64,000 bases of DNA from Gemmatimonadales bacterium (GTDB lineage Bacteria; Gemmatimonadota; Gemmatimonadetes; Gemmatimonadales; GWC2-71-9): assembly GCA_041615815.1 (NCBI GenBank), contig JBFJCP010000005.1:32001-96000 (forward strand), in the 5' to 3' direction. Within the stretch, counting starts at the first letter, position 1. Each line of letters begins with the position of its first letter. The translations under genes and the position numbers were made by a program. Of this stretch, positions 51,617-64,000 are shown piece by piece. The notes beneath the pieces were generated by a model. The model was not told the DNA's origin and ran no database searches. It saw only the letters and a program-made list of their open reading frames with translations.

Positions 51617-52312
51617 CTGCTCGAGGATCTCCTGCAACGCCTGCTGGCACTCCCAGTGTCCGCGGTCTACATCGTGATCGGTGCGCTCGCGGCGACCGAG
51701 AACGTGTTCCCGCCGGTTCCTGCGGACACGGTCGTCGCCCTCGGTGTGTTTCTGTCTCACTTCGGCGAGATTTCCGCCAGCGTCGTCTTCGCGGTCACGT
51801 GGACTACGAATGTCGGCGCCGCCGCCGCCGTCTACGTGGCCGCGCGGACGCTCGGGCGGAGCTTTTTCACCGGCCGGCTCGGCCGGCGATTGCTGCGGCC
51901 ACGTGCGCTGGGGCGGTTGGAGGATTTGTACAAGAGACACGGTGTCTGGGGAATCTTCGTGAGCCGCTTCATTCCGGGTGTCCGCGCGGTGGTTCCGCCG
52001 TTTGCGGGGATTGCCGGACTGGGGGCGGCCAGGGCGCTGATCCCCATGGCGCTTGCGTCCGCGATTTGGTATGGAGCCATCACGATCGCGGTCGTGCTCC
52101 TGGCCACGCGGTTGAGCGACGTGGCGCGGCTGCTCGCGGGTTTGAACCGTGTGGCCATTATCGCGGCGGTGGGCGCGGCGGTATTCGTCGTTGTGTTTGC
52201 GCTCGTCCGGCATCAGATCACGGGCCGCGGGAAGGAACGCGGCGGCGGGCGGACGGCGCCGAGCGTTTCGAGTCCCGACGGCGGTGACCACCGGGGGACT
52301 GCAGACGGGTGA
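51617..52312 (+). CDS. DedA family membrane protein (probable CTG start; first canonical start GTG 51656)
   Basis: ENVFPPVPAD, SRFIPGVR, FAG. Confidence 0.8.
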   Translation: MLEDLLQRLLALPVSAVYIVIGALAATENVFPPVPADTVVALGVFLSHFGEISASVVFAVTWTTNVGAAAAVYVAARTLGRSFFTGRLGRRLLRPRALGRLEDLYKRHGVWGIFVSRFIPGVRAVVPPFAGIAGLGAARALIPMALASAIWYGAITIAVVLLATRLSDVARLLAGLNRVAIIAAVGAAVFVVVFALVRHQITGRGKERGGGRTAPSVSSPDGGDHRGTADG

Positions 52313-53223
52313 GCGCGTTGCAAGCGGAGTGGGACCGAGCGTTTTGGATCGAGGGATTCGAGGACTATCTCCGCGCGGAAGCCGGGAGCAGCGGCAACAC
52401 GGTGGATGCGTATCTGCGCGACACACGGCGCTTAGCGGCGTTCGCCCGTTCGAAAGGCGTCGAGGGGCCGGAGCGAGTTACCCCAACCGTGCTGCGTGAT
52501 TTTGTATTCCAATTGAAGGATCTCGGGTTGGCCGCCACGAGCATCCGGCGGCAGATCTCCGTGGTGCGAACGTACTTCCGGTTTCTCGTCGGGGAAGGCC
52601 GCCTTTCGTCGGATCCGAGCACGCAGCTGGAAACTCCCAAGACCTGGCGCAAGCTTCCCGACGTCCTGTCTGCTGAAGAAGCCGAAGCGCTCTTGGGGGC
52701 ACCGAGTGCTGACGAGCCCCTGGTCTGGCGCGATCGGGCGTTGCTGGAAGTGGCGTATGCCACCGGTGTTCGCGTCTCCGAGCTGGTTGGCCTGGTGCTG
52801 GGAGACGTCTGGTTCGACGATGGGCTGATTCGCGTCATGGGGAAAGGCGCCAAAGAGCGGCTGGTACCGATTGGACGTCGCGCGCTCGGTGCTGCCGCCG
52901 TCTACGCTCGCGAGACCCGCCCGACCCTGGATCGTGGGAAGACCGCGGACCGTTTCTTTCTCAATGCGCGCGGTGGTCCGCTGAGCCGGGTAGGGGTGTG
53001 GGGCATCGTCAAACGCTGTGCACGGCGGGCGGGCATCGCCAAGCGGGTGTCCCCGCACACGCTGCGGCACACGTTCGCCACTCACCTCTTGGAAGGCGGT
53101 GCCGATCTGCGGGCGGTGCAGGAAATGCTCGGGCACGCGGACCTCTCGACGACGCAGATCTATACGCACGTGGACCGCGACTATCTGCGAACGGTGCATC
53201 AGACCTACCACCCACGCGCATGA
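52309..53223 (+). CDS. xerD: Site-specific tyrosine recombinase
   Basis: RDRALLE.YATGVRVSEL, GKGAKER, SPHTLRHTFATHLL, LGHADLSTTQIYTH. Confidence 0.9.
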   Translation: MSALQAEWDRAFWIEGFEDYLRAEAGSSGNTVDAYLRDTRRLAAFARSKGVEGPERVTPTVLRDFVFQLKDLGLAATSIRRQISVVRTYFRFLVGEGRLSSDPSTQLETPKTWRKLPDVLSAEEAEALLGAPSADEPLVWRDRALLEVAYATGVRVSELVGLVLGDVWFDDGLIRVMGKGAKERLVPIGRRALGAAAVYARETRPTLDRGKTADRFFLNARGGPLSRVGVWGIVKRCARRAGIAKRVSPHTLRHTFATHLLEGGADLRAVQEMLGHADLSTTQIYTHVDRDYLRTVHQTYHPRA

Positions 53224-53807
53224 GAGTCTTCGTACTCGACAACTACGACTCGTTCACCTATAACCTCGTGCAGTATCTGGGAGAGCTCGGGGCGGATCCC
53301 GTGGTGCGGCGAAATGACGCCGTCACCGTGGATGACGTGATGGCATTGCAGCCGGACGCCGTCGTCGTATCGCCCGGTCCCGGCGTCCCGGGACAGGCCG
53401 GGATCAGCATTCCGCTGGTGCGTGCGGCCGCAGACGTCTTGCCGGTGCTCGGGGTTTGTCTGGGGCATCAGGCGATCGCGGAAGCGTTTGGGGGGCGGGT
53501 GATGGCCGCCGCGCGACTCATGCACGGAAAGACGTCGCCGATCGTCCATCGCGGGGGCGGGCTCTTCGCTGGTCTCCCCACACCGCTCGTCGCCATGCGC
53601 TACCACTCCTTATTGGCGGACCCGTCGGTCATCCCCGTTGAGCTCGAGGTCACCGCGTGGACAGAGGACCGTGCGCCGGGTGAGGAGATCATGGGCCTCG
53701 CGCACCGCACGAAGCGTGTGTGGGGTGTGCAGTTCCATCCGGAATCGGTGGGAACCGTCGAGGGACGAGCGCTGATCGGCAACTTCCTGAGGCTCGCGAT
53801 GGGGTGA
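53220..53807 (+). CDS. Anthranilate/aminodeoxychorismate synthase component II (PabA/TrpG glutamine amidotransferase)
   Basis: DNYDSFTYNL, SPGPG, GVCLGHQ, RYHSL, QFHPES. Confidence 0.92.
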   Translation: MRVFVLDNYDSFTYNLVQYLGELGADPVVRRNDAVTVDDVMALQPDAVVVSPGPGVPGQAGISIPLVRAAADVLPVLGVCLGHQAIAEAFGGRVMAAARLMHGKTSPIVHRGGGLFAGLPTPLVAMRYHSLLADPSVIPVELEVTAWTEDRAPGEEIMGLAHRTKRVWGVQFHPESVGTVEGRALIGNFLRLAMG

Positions 53808-53896
53808 CGGGCCGTGCTCCGCAGGGGCGGAGAGGGCTGCTAGCTGCGGCTGTCGGCCGCCGCGCAGCGGCAAATAAGTCATGATATTATAAGTAG

Positions 53897-56350
<2,454 letters not shown>

Positions 56351-56351
56351 C

Positions 56352-57170
56352 ATGAGCATCGGACGGTCGCCGGCGCCGGTGCTGATGGCCGGCCCGTGCG
56401 TCCTCGAGACGGAGACGGTCAATCTCTCCGTTGCCGACGTCCTGGCCGAGCTCGCTGCGAAGCTCGGCCTTCGCGTCGTATTCAAGGGGAGCTTCGACAA
56501 GGCGAATCGCTCGCGGCTGGCGTCGCCGCGCGGGCCGGGGCTGGAGACGGGTCTCACGGCGCTTCGCCGCGTCCGCGATATCAGCGGTCTGCCGGTGATG
56601 ACGGACGTCCACGAGGTGTGGCAAGTGGGATTGGTGGCTGAAGTAGTCGACGTGCTGCAGATCCCGGCGTTTCTGAGCCGCCAGACCGATCTCTTGATGG
56701 CCGCCGGTGGGAGTGGGCGTGCGGTGAACATTAAGAAGGGGCAGTGGATGTCACCAGAGGCTGTGCAGGGCGCCGTCGAGAAGGTACGGGCAGCGGGGGG
56801 AAATGAGATAACCGTCACAGAGCGGGGCACGGCTTTCGGGTATGGTGACCTCGTCGTTGACATGCGGAGCTTCGCTCGTCTGCGACGAGCCACTGGCGTG
56901 CCGGCCCTCTTCGATGCCACCCACGCGGTGCAGCAACCAGGTTCGGGGCCGGCAGGAGTCACGGGAGGGGCTCGGGAGCACGTCCCGGTGCTTCTCTTGG
57001 GCGCGGCGGCCGCCGGCGCCGACGGCTTCTTCATTGAGACGCATCCCGCACCGGCCACCGCGCCGAGTGACGCGGCCACTATGTGGCCGTTGGGGGAGCT
57101 CGCGCCGCTGGTGGAGCGAGCTCTCGACGTCTGGCACGCAGCCCGAGTCAAAGGAGCCATGACATGCTAG
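56352..57170 (+). CDS. kdsA: KDO 8-phosphate synthase
   Basis: AGPCVLE, KGSFDKANRS, QIPAFLSRQTD, KKGQ, DATHAVQ. Confidence 0.93.
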   Translation: MSIGRSPAPVLMAGPCVLETETVNLSVADVLAELAAKLGLRVVFKGSFDKANRSRLASPRGPGLETGLTALRRVRDISGLPVMTDVHEVWQVGLVAEVVDVLQIPAFLSRQTDLLMAAGGSGRAVNIKKGQWMSPEAVQGAVEKVRAAGGNEITVTERGTAFGYGDLVVDMRSFARLRRATGVPALFDATHAVQQPGSGPAGVTGGAREHVPVLLLGAAAAGADGFFIETHPAPATAPSDAATMWPLGELAPLVERALDVWHAARVKGAMTC

Positions 57171-57736
57171 ACCCACTGATTGCCAAGCGCGTGCAGCTCG
57201 TGGGTCTCGACGTGGATGGTGTCATGACGGACGGTGGGGTGTATATGGGGGAGGTGGCGTCCCAGCCCGTCGAGCTCAAGCGGTTCGATATCCGGGACAA
57301 CATCGGGGTTCGGTTTCTGCGTGCGGCTGGGATCAAAGTGGTGATCGTGAGCGGACGGGTCTCGCCAGCCACGCGGCTTCGAGCAGAGGATTTGGGGGTG
57401 GACGAAGTGATCCAAGACGATCAGGCGCAGAAACTCCCAGCCTTCGAGGAAATGTTGTCACGTTTCGGGGTGCGAATCAAGGACTGCGCGTTCGTGGGAG
57501 ACGATCTCCCGGATCTTCCGATTCTCCGGCGCGTGGGTTTGGCCGTGGCGGTGGCCAACGCCACGACGGAAGTGCTCGCGGCGGCGGATTACACCACCGA
57601 GGCGAGCGGTGGCCGAGGAGCGGTCCGTGAGTTTGCGGAAGAACTGCTGCGGGCCCGAGACCAGTGGGAAGAGGTCATGCAACGATATCTGGCGGAGCGT
57701 GGTGACGTCGCGGGGAGGAGCCTCGGTGTGGGGTAG
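57164..57736 (+). CDS. kdsC: KDO 8-phosphate phosphatase (HAD)
   Basis: DVDGVMTDG, SGR, GDDLPD, GGRGAVRE. Confidence 0.9.
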   Translation: MLDPLIAKRVQLVGLDVDGVMTDGGVYMGEVASQPVELKRFDIRDNIGVRFLRAAGIKVVIVSGRVSPATRLRAEDLGVDEVIQDDQAQKLPAFEEMLSRFGVRIKDCAFVGDDLPDLPILRRVGLAVAVANATTEVLAAADYTTEASGGRGAVREFAEELLRARDQWEEVMQRYLAERGDVAGRSLGVG

Positions 57737-58277
57737 TCGCGTGACCATTCCCCTCGTGGTGGTCCTGGGGGCCATCGCGCTGGCGTGTGGCGGCACGGCG
57801 GGTCCTCCCACGACCGTGGCGGCGGCGGACACCGCGGATCAAGTGCTCTTTGGCCTGAACCACAATCTGACTATCGATGGTGTGCTCCGCATTCGTCTGC
57901 AAGCGGATTCCGCGTGGTTCTACGACGCGACGCAGACGGCCGAACTCTTTGGGGTAACCGTGGAGTTCCTCTCGCCGGAAGGCAAGCTCACGACGACGTT
58001 GACCTCCACTGACGGCACGTACTACTGGCGCACCGGCGACATGCAGGCTCGGGGGAACGTCGTGGCCGTGACACCGGACAAGAAGCGGCTCACCACGGAG
58101 ATCCTCAACTACAGCCGCCCGCGTCACGAGATCAATGGGCCCGAGGCCTTCGTATTCGATGCCCCCGATCGACACTTGGAGGGCGACGGCTTCACGGCGG
58201 ATCCCGAGTTCGAGAACGTGGAAGCAACGGGCGCCCGGCGGGGAACGATTCGCAGCGTGGAGCTCCGGAGACAATGA
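57726..58277 (+). CDS. lptC: LPS export periplasmic protein LptC (lipoprotein-like signal; start uncertain)
   Basis: ALAC lipobox, beta-jellyroll-like sequence (GNVVAV, LTTEIL, GDGF), operon position. Confidence 0.72.
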   Translation: MWGSRVTIPLVVVLGAIALACGGTAGPPTTVAAADTADQVLFGLNHNLTIDGVLRIRLQADSAWFYDATQTAELFGVTVEFLSPEGKLTTTLTSTDGTYYWRTGDMQARGNVVAVTPDKKRLTTEILNYSRPRHEINGPEAFVFDAPDRHLEGDGFTADPEFENVEATGARRGTIRSVELRRQ

Positions 58278-59536
58278 CCCGGGCGATCGTGGCAGCGACC
58301 GCGTGGTGGGTGGTGGCCTGGTCGGTTCCCGCGCAGGCGCAGCAGGGTGCCTGCCGGCCGGTGTTGGATCGGGCAACGACCATGCGATCGCAAGCCGGGG
58401 GCGTTCGGTCGTTCTGGAGTGGTGGAGTTTGGGCGCGGTGTGCCAATCAACCAACGACGATGTATGCCGACAGCGTGGCGTGGTACGGTGATCTCAACCG
58501 CATGGATTTCGTGGGGCGCGTAGCGTTTCAGGATTCCACGGTCTCGCTCGATGCGCAACGGGCCAACTACTACCCGGGCGACGAACGTATCGAGGCGTTC
58601 GGCAGCGTCCGGCTCGTGAATCGGGTCACCGGATCGGTGCTGACCGGTCCGCGTCTCACCTATTGGCGTGCGGCGGCCGGGTTGCGTCCGTTCAGCGAGC
58701 TCTATTCCTCCGGGCGTCCCCGCGTCGAGTACCGCACTCCAGCAGACACCTCCGCGGAGCCGTACGTGATCGACGGTGACCGGGTGCGCCTCCGGGGTGC
58801 AGGACTCGCGTTCGCGGCGGGCACCGTCACGATCACCCGCAGCACCATCGACGCCAAGAGCGACAGTGCGATGCTGGACGTGGATCGCGGGCTCGGTGCG
58901 CTGGTGGGGCGCGCGGAAACGGCGGGTGGCGGAGATACCGCACGATACCGCATCGGCGGCGATCGGCTCGATTTTCGACTCACCGGCGGATCCGTGAGTT
59001 GGGTCCAGGCTCGAGAGGGAGCGGAAGCGCAAAGCGCGGATTGGCGCGTGCTCGGCGATACGATCGAATTCGTTCTGGAGGACGATCTCGTGCAAGCGGG
59101 AGCCGCGTGGGGCGACTCCAAGCAGCCCCAGGCGATTTCCGCGACGCAGACGATCGAGGCAGATTCGCTCGCCATCGACGCGCCGGATCAGATCCTCACC
59201 GAGGTCCGCGCATTCGGGCGGGCGAAAGCGACGGCTCGCGATACCGTGCGGTTGGAAAACGATTGGATGTCCGGGGACACCGTCATTGCGCGTTTCGATA
59301 GCGTCGCCACCGGCAACCGTCAGCTCACACGCCTCGAGGCACGCAACAATGCCCGTGCGTTCTATCACGTATACGATCTCGCCAACCCGGGACGTCCGCC
59401 CGCGATCAACTACAGCCGGGGTCGACACATCACTGCTCGATTCCGTGAGGATGGGGGGCTCGATCGGGTCGACGTCGTAGGCGCGGCGGACGGTGTGTAC
59501 CTCGAGCCGGTACCGGCAGGACGGCAGCAACCATGA
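58274..59536 (+). CDS. Long LptA/OstA-like periplasmic protein
   Basis: Signal peptide; repeated ADS/GDT..I units; between lptC and lptB. Confidence 0.7.
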   Translation: MTRAIVAATAWWVVAWSVPAQAQQGACRPVLDRATTMRSQAGGVRSFWSGGVWARCANQPTTMYADSVAWYGDLNRMDFVGRVAFQDSTVSLDAQRANYYPGDERIEAFGSVRLVNRVTGSVLTGPRLTYWRAAAGLRPFSELYSSGRPRVEYRTPADTSAEPYVIDGDRVRLRGAGLAFAAGTVTITRSTIDAKSDSAMLDVDRGLGALVGRAETAGGGDTARYRIGGDRLDFRLTGGSVSWVQAREGAEAQSADWRVLGDTIEFVLEDDLVQAGAAWGDSKQPQAISATQTIEADSLAIDAPDQILTEVRAFGRAKATARDTVRLENDWMSGDTVIARFDSVATGNRQLTRLEARNNARAFYHVYDLANPGRPPAINYSRGRHITARFREDGGLDRVDVVGAADGVYLEPVPAGRQQP

Positions 59537-60714
59537 TAGAGCGGCTCCGGCTTGCACTCGCGGGGAAGGATCCCTCGTTGGCGTTAGCGGTGGCGTCGTT
59601 GCTTCGAAGCGCCGACTCTGAGGGTGCCACGCCCCTCGAGCAATTGGCCGTGGTGTATCGGGAGGCTTACCTGGAGCTCCAACAACGTCAGTTGGGCGAT
59701 GCTTCCAGGCAACGCGGCGTCCTATCCGTGGACGAGGTCCGGCGGCACCTCGCGGCGTCGGTGCTCCCCCGACTCGTCGGGGAAGGCATTCTGGAGAGGC
59801 TTCCCCACCCGCTGGAGCCGGCAGCGCCGATACGCGCTGCCCGGGGACTTTGGGATCAGCTCGCTCCGCAGCGGGATCGGGCACGGGAGCATTTGCTCGA
59901 GTTGGCGCTGGAAGCCGTACGACGAGCGGAGGCGGCGGGGACGGAAACACCGGAGGCGGGTGGCAGTACCCTCTCGGCGCTCGGACTCACCAAGGTCTAC
60001 CGGCGGCGCACGGTGGTCGATCGAGTGCACCTCGATGTGCGCCAGGGTGAAATCGTGGGTCTTCTGGGTCCCAACGGGGCGGGGAAGACCACAACCTTCT
60101 ATATGATGGTGGGGCTCGTGCGTCCCGATGAGGGCCGCATCTTCATCAACGACGAGGACATTTCGAGCCTCCCGATGTATCGCCGGGCGCGTCGCGGCAT
60201 CGGGTATCTCGCGCAGGAGCCGTCGATCTTCCGCAAGCTGACCGTCGAGCAGAATGTGCTGGCGATTCTCGAAACGCTCCGGTTGTCGGACACGGAACGG
60301 CACCGGCGGCTCGAAACCCTACTGGACGAGCTTTCGATCAAACATCTTCGCAAGACCAAAGCCTACAAACTCTCGGGAGGAGAGCGCCGTCGGCTCGAGA
60401 TCACGCGGGCCCTGGTGACCCAGCCGAAGTTCATGCTGCTGGACGAGCCATTTGCTGGGGTGGATCCCATCGCCGTTCACGATATCCAGACCATCGTGGC
60501 CGGGCTCCGCGGGCGGGGCATTGGGCTCCTGGTCACCGACCACAATGTCGAACAAACGCTGGACATCGTGGACCGGGCCTACATCATGTTCGAGGGTCAG
60601 GTGCAGGTTGCCGGGACGGTTCGAGACCTGGTGTTCAACGATCGCGTCGCGGACCTCTATCTCGGTCCGACGTTGACGTCGCGACTGCGGCAGCGGCTCG
60701 GGGAGGCGGCATGA
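59533..60714 (+). CDS. lptB: LPS export ABC ATPase with N-terminal extension
   Basis: [49 protein letters not shown]. Confidence 0.92.
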   Translation: MIERLRLALAGKDPSLALAVASLLRSADSEGATPLEQLAVVYREAYLELQQRQLGDASRQRGVLSVDEVRRHLAASVLPRLVGEGILERLPHPLEPAAPIRAARGLWDQLAPQRDRAREHLLELALEAVRRAEAAGTETPEAGGSTLSALGLTKVYRRRTVVDRVHLDVRQGEIVGLLGPNGAGKTTTFYMMVGLVRPDEGRIFINDEDISSLPMYRRARRGIGYLAQEPSIFRKLTVEQNVLAILETLRLSDTERHRRLETLLDELSIKHLRKTKAYKLSGGERRRLEITRALVTQPKFMLLDEPFAGVDPIAVHDIQTIVAGLRGRGIGLLVTDHNVEQTLDIVDRAYIMFEGQVQVAGTVRDLVFNDRVADLYLGPTLTSRLRQRLGEAA

Positions 60715-62177
60715 AGACTTCGCTGCAACAGAGCGCCGTATTGCGCCAAGAACTGCGGATGAATCCTCGCCTTTATCAGGCGATGGATCTCCTGTACATG
60801 CCGGTACTCGATCTGCAGCAGCACCTCAAGGAAGAGCTCGAGACGAATCCGTTTCTGGAGATGGCCGAGGGCGAGGAGCAAGAGCCGCAAGAGACCAGGG
60901 AGACCGCAGAGCAGAAAGAGAAGGAACGGGAGAAGGAACGCGAAGACGACGAGATGAACTGGGAGGAGATCATCCTCGATGGTTTCCGTGTGGGCGGTGC
61001 TCGGGGTGGATATGAAGAGCGGGAGTTCTACGAGCCCGTTCCGGTGCAAACCCGCGATCTCGCTGATCATCTCCGCGACCAACTCCAACTGCTCGATTTG
61101 AGCCCGCGGCAGCTCTTCTTGAGCGAAGAGTTCATTGGCAACATTGGCGAGGACGGATACCTGCAGGCCACCCTGGAGGAGATCGTTCATGGTGGCAATG
61201 CGGTCTTGGAGGAGCGCTACGATCTGATTCAGGACGGGGCCGGGCCACCCGAGGTGTTCACGCTGGAGGAGGCGGAGCGGCTCCTCAAGATCATCCAGCG
61301 GCTCGACCCTCCTGGTATCGCAGCGCGAGACCTTCGCGAGTGCCTGCTTCTGCAGCTGGAGGAATCGCAGCAGACCGCGACGCTGACCTACCGGCTCGTC
61401 AACGAAGCATTTGACGACCTCATTGCCCACCGGTGGAGTGAGTTGGCCAAGCGGTACGGATTGGAACCGCGGGAGGTGCAGGACGCTGCCGATGAGCTTG
61501 CCAAGCTCGATCCCAAGCCTGGACTCCAGTATCAGAGTACGGCAGATACCTATGTCGTGCCCGACCTGGTCGTCGAGAAGATCGACGACGAGTACCGGGT
61601 GTTTTTGAACGACGGGTGGATGCCACGCCTGCGGATCAGTAAGATCTATCAGGACATTGCGGGAGATCGAAAGAAGTTTCAGGGACAGAACCGCGAGTTC
61701 ATCACAGAAAAGCTCAACAGCGCCACGTGGCTCATTCAGGCGATCGAGCAGCGGCGGCAGACCATGCTCAAAGTGATGAACTTCATCGTGGATCGGCAGC
61801 GTGACTTTTTCGAAAAGGGCATCGAGCACCTCAAGCCACTGACCCTGCGGGAAGTTGCCGACGTTATCGACATGCACGAATCCACGGTGAGTCGAGTCAC
61901 GAACCAAAAATATTGCCAAACACCCCGTGGTGTGTACCCGCTCAAGTTCTTCTTCTCGAGTAGCTTGGGTACCACCACCGGCGAGGACGCGAGCTCGCGC
62001 GCCGTGAAAGCGCAGATCCAGAAACTGGTGACTGATGAGAATACGGGATCACCGCTAACGGACTCTGCCATCGTGAAGGCGCTCAAGGAACGAGGTATCC
62101 AGATCGCTCGCCGCACCGTCGCCAAATACCGCGATCAACTCGGGATTCTCCCTGCCCGTATGCGCAAGCGCGTATGA
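60711..62177 (+). CDS. rpoN: RNA polymerase sigma-54 factor
   Basis: [24 protein letters not shown], RpoN box ARRTVAKYR. Confidence 0.96.
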   Translation: MKTSLQQSAVLRQELRMNPRLYQAMDLLYMPVLDLQQHLKEELETNPFLEMAEGEEQEPQETRETAEQKEKEREKEREDDEMNWEEIILDGFRVGGARGGYEEREFYEPVPVQTRDLADHLRDQLQLLDLSPRQLFLSEEFIGNIGEDGYLQATLEEIVHGGNAVLEERYDLIQDGAGPPEVFTLEEAERLLKIIQRLDPPGIAARDLRECLLLQLEESQQTATLTYRLVNEAFDDLIAHRWSELAKRYGLEPREVQDAADELAKLDPKPGLQYQSTADTYVVPDLVVEKIDDEYRVFLNDGWMPRLRISKIYQDIAGDRKKFQGQNREFITEKLNSATWLIQAIEQRRQTMLKVMNFIVDRQRDFFEKGIEHLKPLTLREVADVIDMHESTVSRVTNQKYCQTPRGVYPLKFFFSSSLGTTTGEDASSRAVKAQIQKLVTDENTGSPLTDSAIVKALKERGIQIARRTVAKYRDQLGILPARMRKRV

Positions 62178-63139
62178 CGCTCGCCGGACCCGGGGACGAC
62201 GTGGAGGTGAGCGTCCTCGTCCCCGCCAAGGACGAAGCCGAAAACCTCCCTGAGTTCCTCCGGCAGGCCGCCGCGACCTTCGCTGCGGTTCCCTATCCCT
62301 GTGAGGTCGTCATCGTGGACGATGGGAGTGTCGATGCGACGCCGTCCGTGCTCCGCCAACTCCGGGCGGAGTATTCGTTTCTCCGGGTGGTCACCCATAG
62401 GAGCCAACGTGGCATTGCCGACGCGCTCAAGTCCGCTGGCGAGACGGCCCAGGGCCGAGTCCTCGTGTTCTATCCGGCTGACCTTCAGTTCGCCCCTGCC
62501 GAGATCCCGGATCTCGTAGCGCCCATACGAGCTGGTGACGCGGACGTGGTGACCGGCACGAAACAGGGTCACTACGAGCGCGCGTTCGTTTCGGGTGTCT
62601 ACAATCGTCTGTGCCGGTTGTTGTTCGGTGTACGTGTCACCGATCTCAATGCGGTGAAAGCGTACCGACGGGAGGTGATGGAAGCCGTACCCGATCGGCC
62701 GGACTGGCATCGCTTCATGGTCGTGATCGCGCAGGCGGATGGTTTTCGAGTCACCGAACGGCCGGTCACGCTTCACCCGCGCCGCGCCGGACATTCCAAA
62801 TTCGGCATCGGGCGAATCCCCGTCGGCATTGTCGATCTGTTGTCCGTATGGTTCCAGCTTCGATTCGGTCGCAAGCCCCTCCTGTTCTTCGGGGTGAGCG
62901 GCGCCGTGCTGTTCGGCCTGGGTTTCCTCGTCGGGATTGCCGCGCTCGTCCTGCGATTTGGCTACGGCATTGGCTTTCGGCCCTTGCTGGATCTGGTGAT
63001 GGTCCTCGTGGTCGTTGGCAGTGTGCTCTTCGGGATCGGATTCATGGGCGAAATGCTGGCAGCCGCCCGGGAAGAGATCCGCGGCCTGACCAGATCGATC
63101 GATCGCCTGGCAGGTGAGTTGCGACGCCGACGCGAGTAG
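62174..63139 (+). CDS. GT2 glycosyltransferase (polyprenol-phosphate type) with two C-terminal TMs
   Basis: VLVPAKDE, VDDGSVD, ADLQ, VTD..KAYRRE, HRF. Confidence 0.85.
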   Translation: MTLAGPGDDVEVSVLVPAKDEAENLPEFLRQAAATFAAVPYPCEVVIVDDGSVDATPSVLRQLRAEYSFLRVVTHRSQRGIADALKSAGETAQGRVLVFYPADLQFAPAEIPDLVAPIRAGDADVVTGTKQGHYERAFVSGVYNRLCRLLFGVRVTDLNAVKAYRREVMEAVPDRPDWHRFMVVIAQADGFRVTERPVTLHPRRAGHSKFGIGRIPVGIVDLLSVWFQLRFGRKPLLFFGVSGAVLFGLGFLVGIAALVLRFGYGIGFRPLLDLVMVLVVVGSVLFGIGFMGEMLAAAREEIRGLTRSIDRLAGELRRRRE

Positions 63140-63148
63140 CTTCCCCTC

Positions 63149-64000
63149 GTGCGCATATTGATGGTGACTCACGCGTATCCCCGATGGGACGGGGACGTGG
63201 CAGGCGTGTTCATCGAACGGCTGGCCATTGCGCTGGTGCGTCGGGGGCATCGCGTCACCGTGATCGCACCAGCGGACGCTGGGGCTGGTGGGCGTGGGCG
63301 GCGGGGTGGTGTGGACGTCGTCCGGGTCCGGTATGCCCCCGCGCGGGGTGAGACCCTGGCGTACCGGGGGACGATGGAACAGGCGGCCAGGTCGCTGTCC
63401 GGCAAGCTGGTGCTCGCTTCGCTTGTCAACGCGCAAGCCCGGGTCGTCGCGCAGCTGTCCCGGTTCGCGGGAGGCCAGATCGTTCACGCCCACTGGTGGG
63501 TTCCGGGTGGCGTGGGGGCATGGCTCGCCCGGTTTACGGGAGGCAGTCGATATGTCGTCACGCTGCACGGCACCGACGTGGCAGTTCTCGAGCGGTCGCG
63601 AAGCGCGCGATTCATGGCCCGCCGGATTCTCAAACGTGCCAGTGCGGTCACGGCGGTCTCGGGCTTCCTTGCCGCACGCGCGGCGGAGGCGATCGGTATC
63701 GAGAGCCGTCAGGTGGTCGTGCAGGCGATGCCCGTGGATACGCAGCGCTTCACGCGGACGAGCGTTGGCGGTGGAGGCGTCGTCACCGTGGGTCGGCTGG
63801 TCCCCCAGAAACGCATCGACCTCATCATCGATGCGGTGGCGCTGCTCCGACAGAAGGGCAGGCCGTTTCGGTTGACCATCATCGGTGACGGCCCGGAGCG
63901 GGCGGCACTCGAGCGTCGGGCCGAGGAGGCAGGCATCGGCACGCTCACGCGGTTTCACGGACAGGTTGAGCCGAACCGCTTGGCAGACACGATAGGGGAC
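63149..64000 (+). CDS. GT4 glycosyltransferase, 3' truncated by window edge
   Basis: RILMVTHAYPR, HAHWW, VVTLHGTD, TVGRLVPQKR, IIGDGPER read from sequence (not in ORF track because no stop). Confidence 0.85.
   Translation, partial: MRILMVTHAYPRWDGDVAGVFIERLAIALVRRGHRVTVIAPADAGAGGRGRRGGVDVVRVRYAPARGETLAYRGTMEQAARSLSGKLVLASLVNAQARVVAQLSRFAGGQIVHAHWWVPGGVGAWLARFTGGSRYVVTLHGTDVAVLERSRSARFMARRILKRASAVTAVSGFLAARAAEAIGIESRQVVVQAMPVDTQRFTRTSVGGGGVVTVGRLVPQKRIDLIIDAVALLRQKGRPFRLTIIGDGPERAALERRAEEAGIGTLTRFHGQVEPNRLADTIGD

Noticed and set aside
52309..53223. Tyrosine recombinase as a phage/island integrase
   Set aside because: Typical XerD length and motifs, translationally coupled among housekeeping genes; no att repeats or tRNA seen

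Overview
GC-rich bacterial chromosome segment from a diderm (LPS-producing) organism. The gene order is what I would expect of Gemmatimonadota, but that is inference only. About 11-64 kb is mostly core housekeeping: dcd, a full nuoA-N complex I operon, PMM, UPF0182, carbamate kinase, sucCD, ndk, yceD-rpmF-plsX-fabHDG-acpP-fabF, futalosine-pathway mqnE/A/C, purE, a GldAFG-like ABC system, ispF, dedA, xerD, pabA/trpG, and kdsB-pyrG-kdsA-kdsC-lptC-lptA-lptB-rpoN followed by glycosyltransferases. The first 11 kb is accessory. It holds an MBL hydrolase, a GNAT/NSAR/M20 module and the most interesting feature, an extracytoplasmic lipoprotein/cytochrome c cluster at about 5.0-9.2 kb. In that cluster a TsdA/SoxA-like monoheme cytochrome and a tiny paralogous lipopeptide carry 14 Asn-Pro-Cys (NPC) repeats, and a pentaheme cytochrome follows. 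Other notable signals are a Rex-like operator before nuoA, several probable leaderless genes, MqnE with a Cx5Cx2C motif, an M24 peptidase with a remodelled active site, a likely CTG start for dedA, and LptB with a long N-terminal extension. No rRNA, tRNA, CRISPR array or transposase was recognised. All calls come from motif recognition without database searches.
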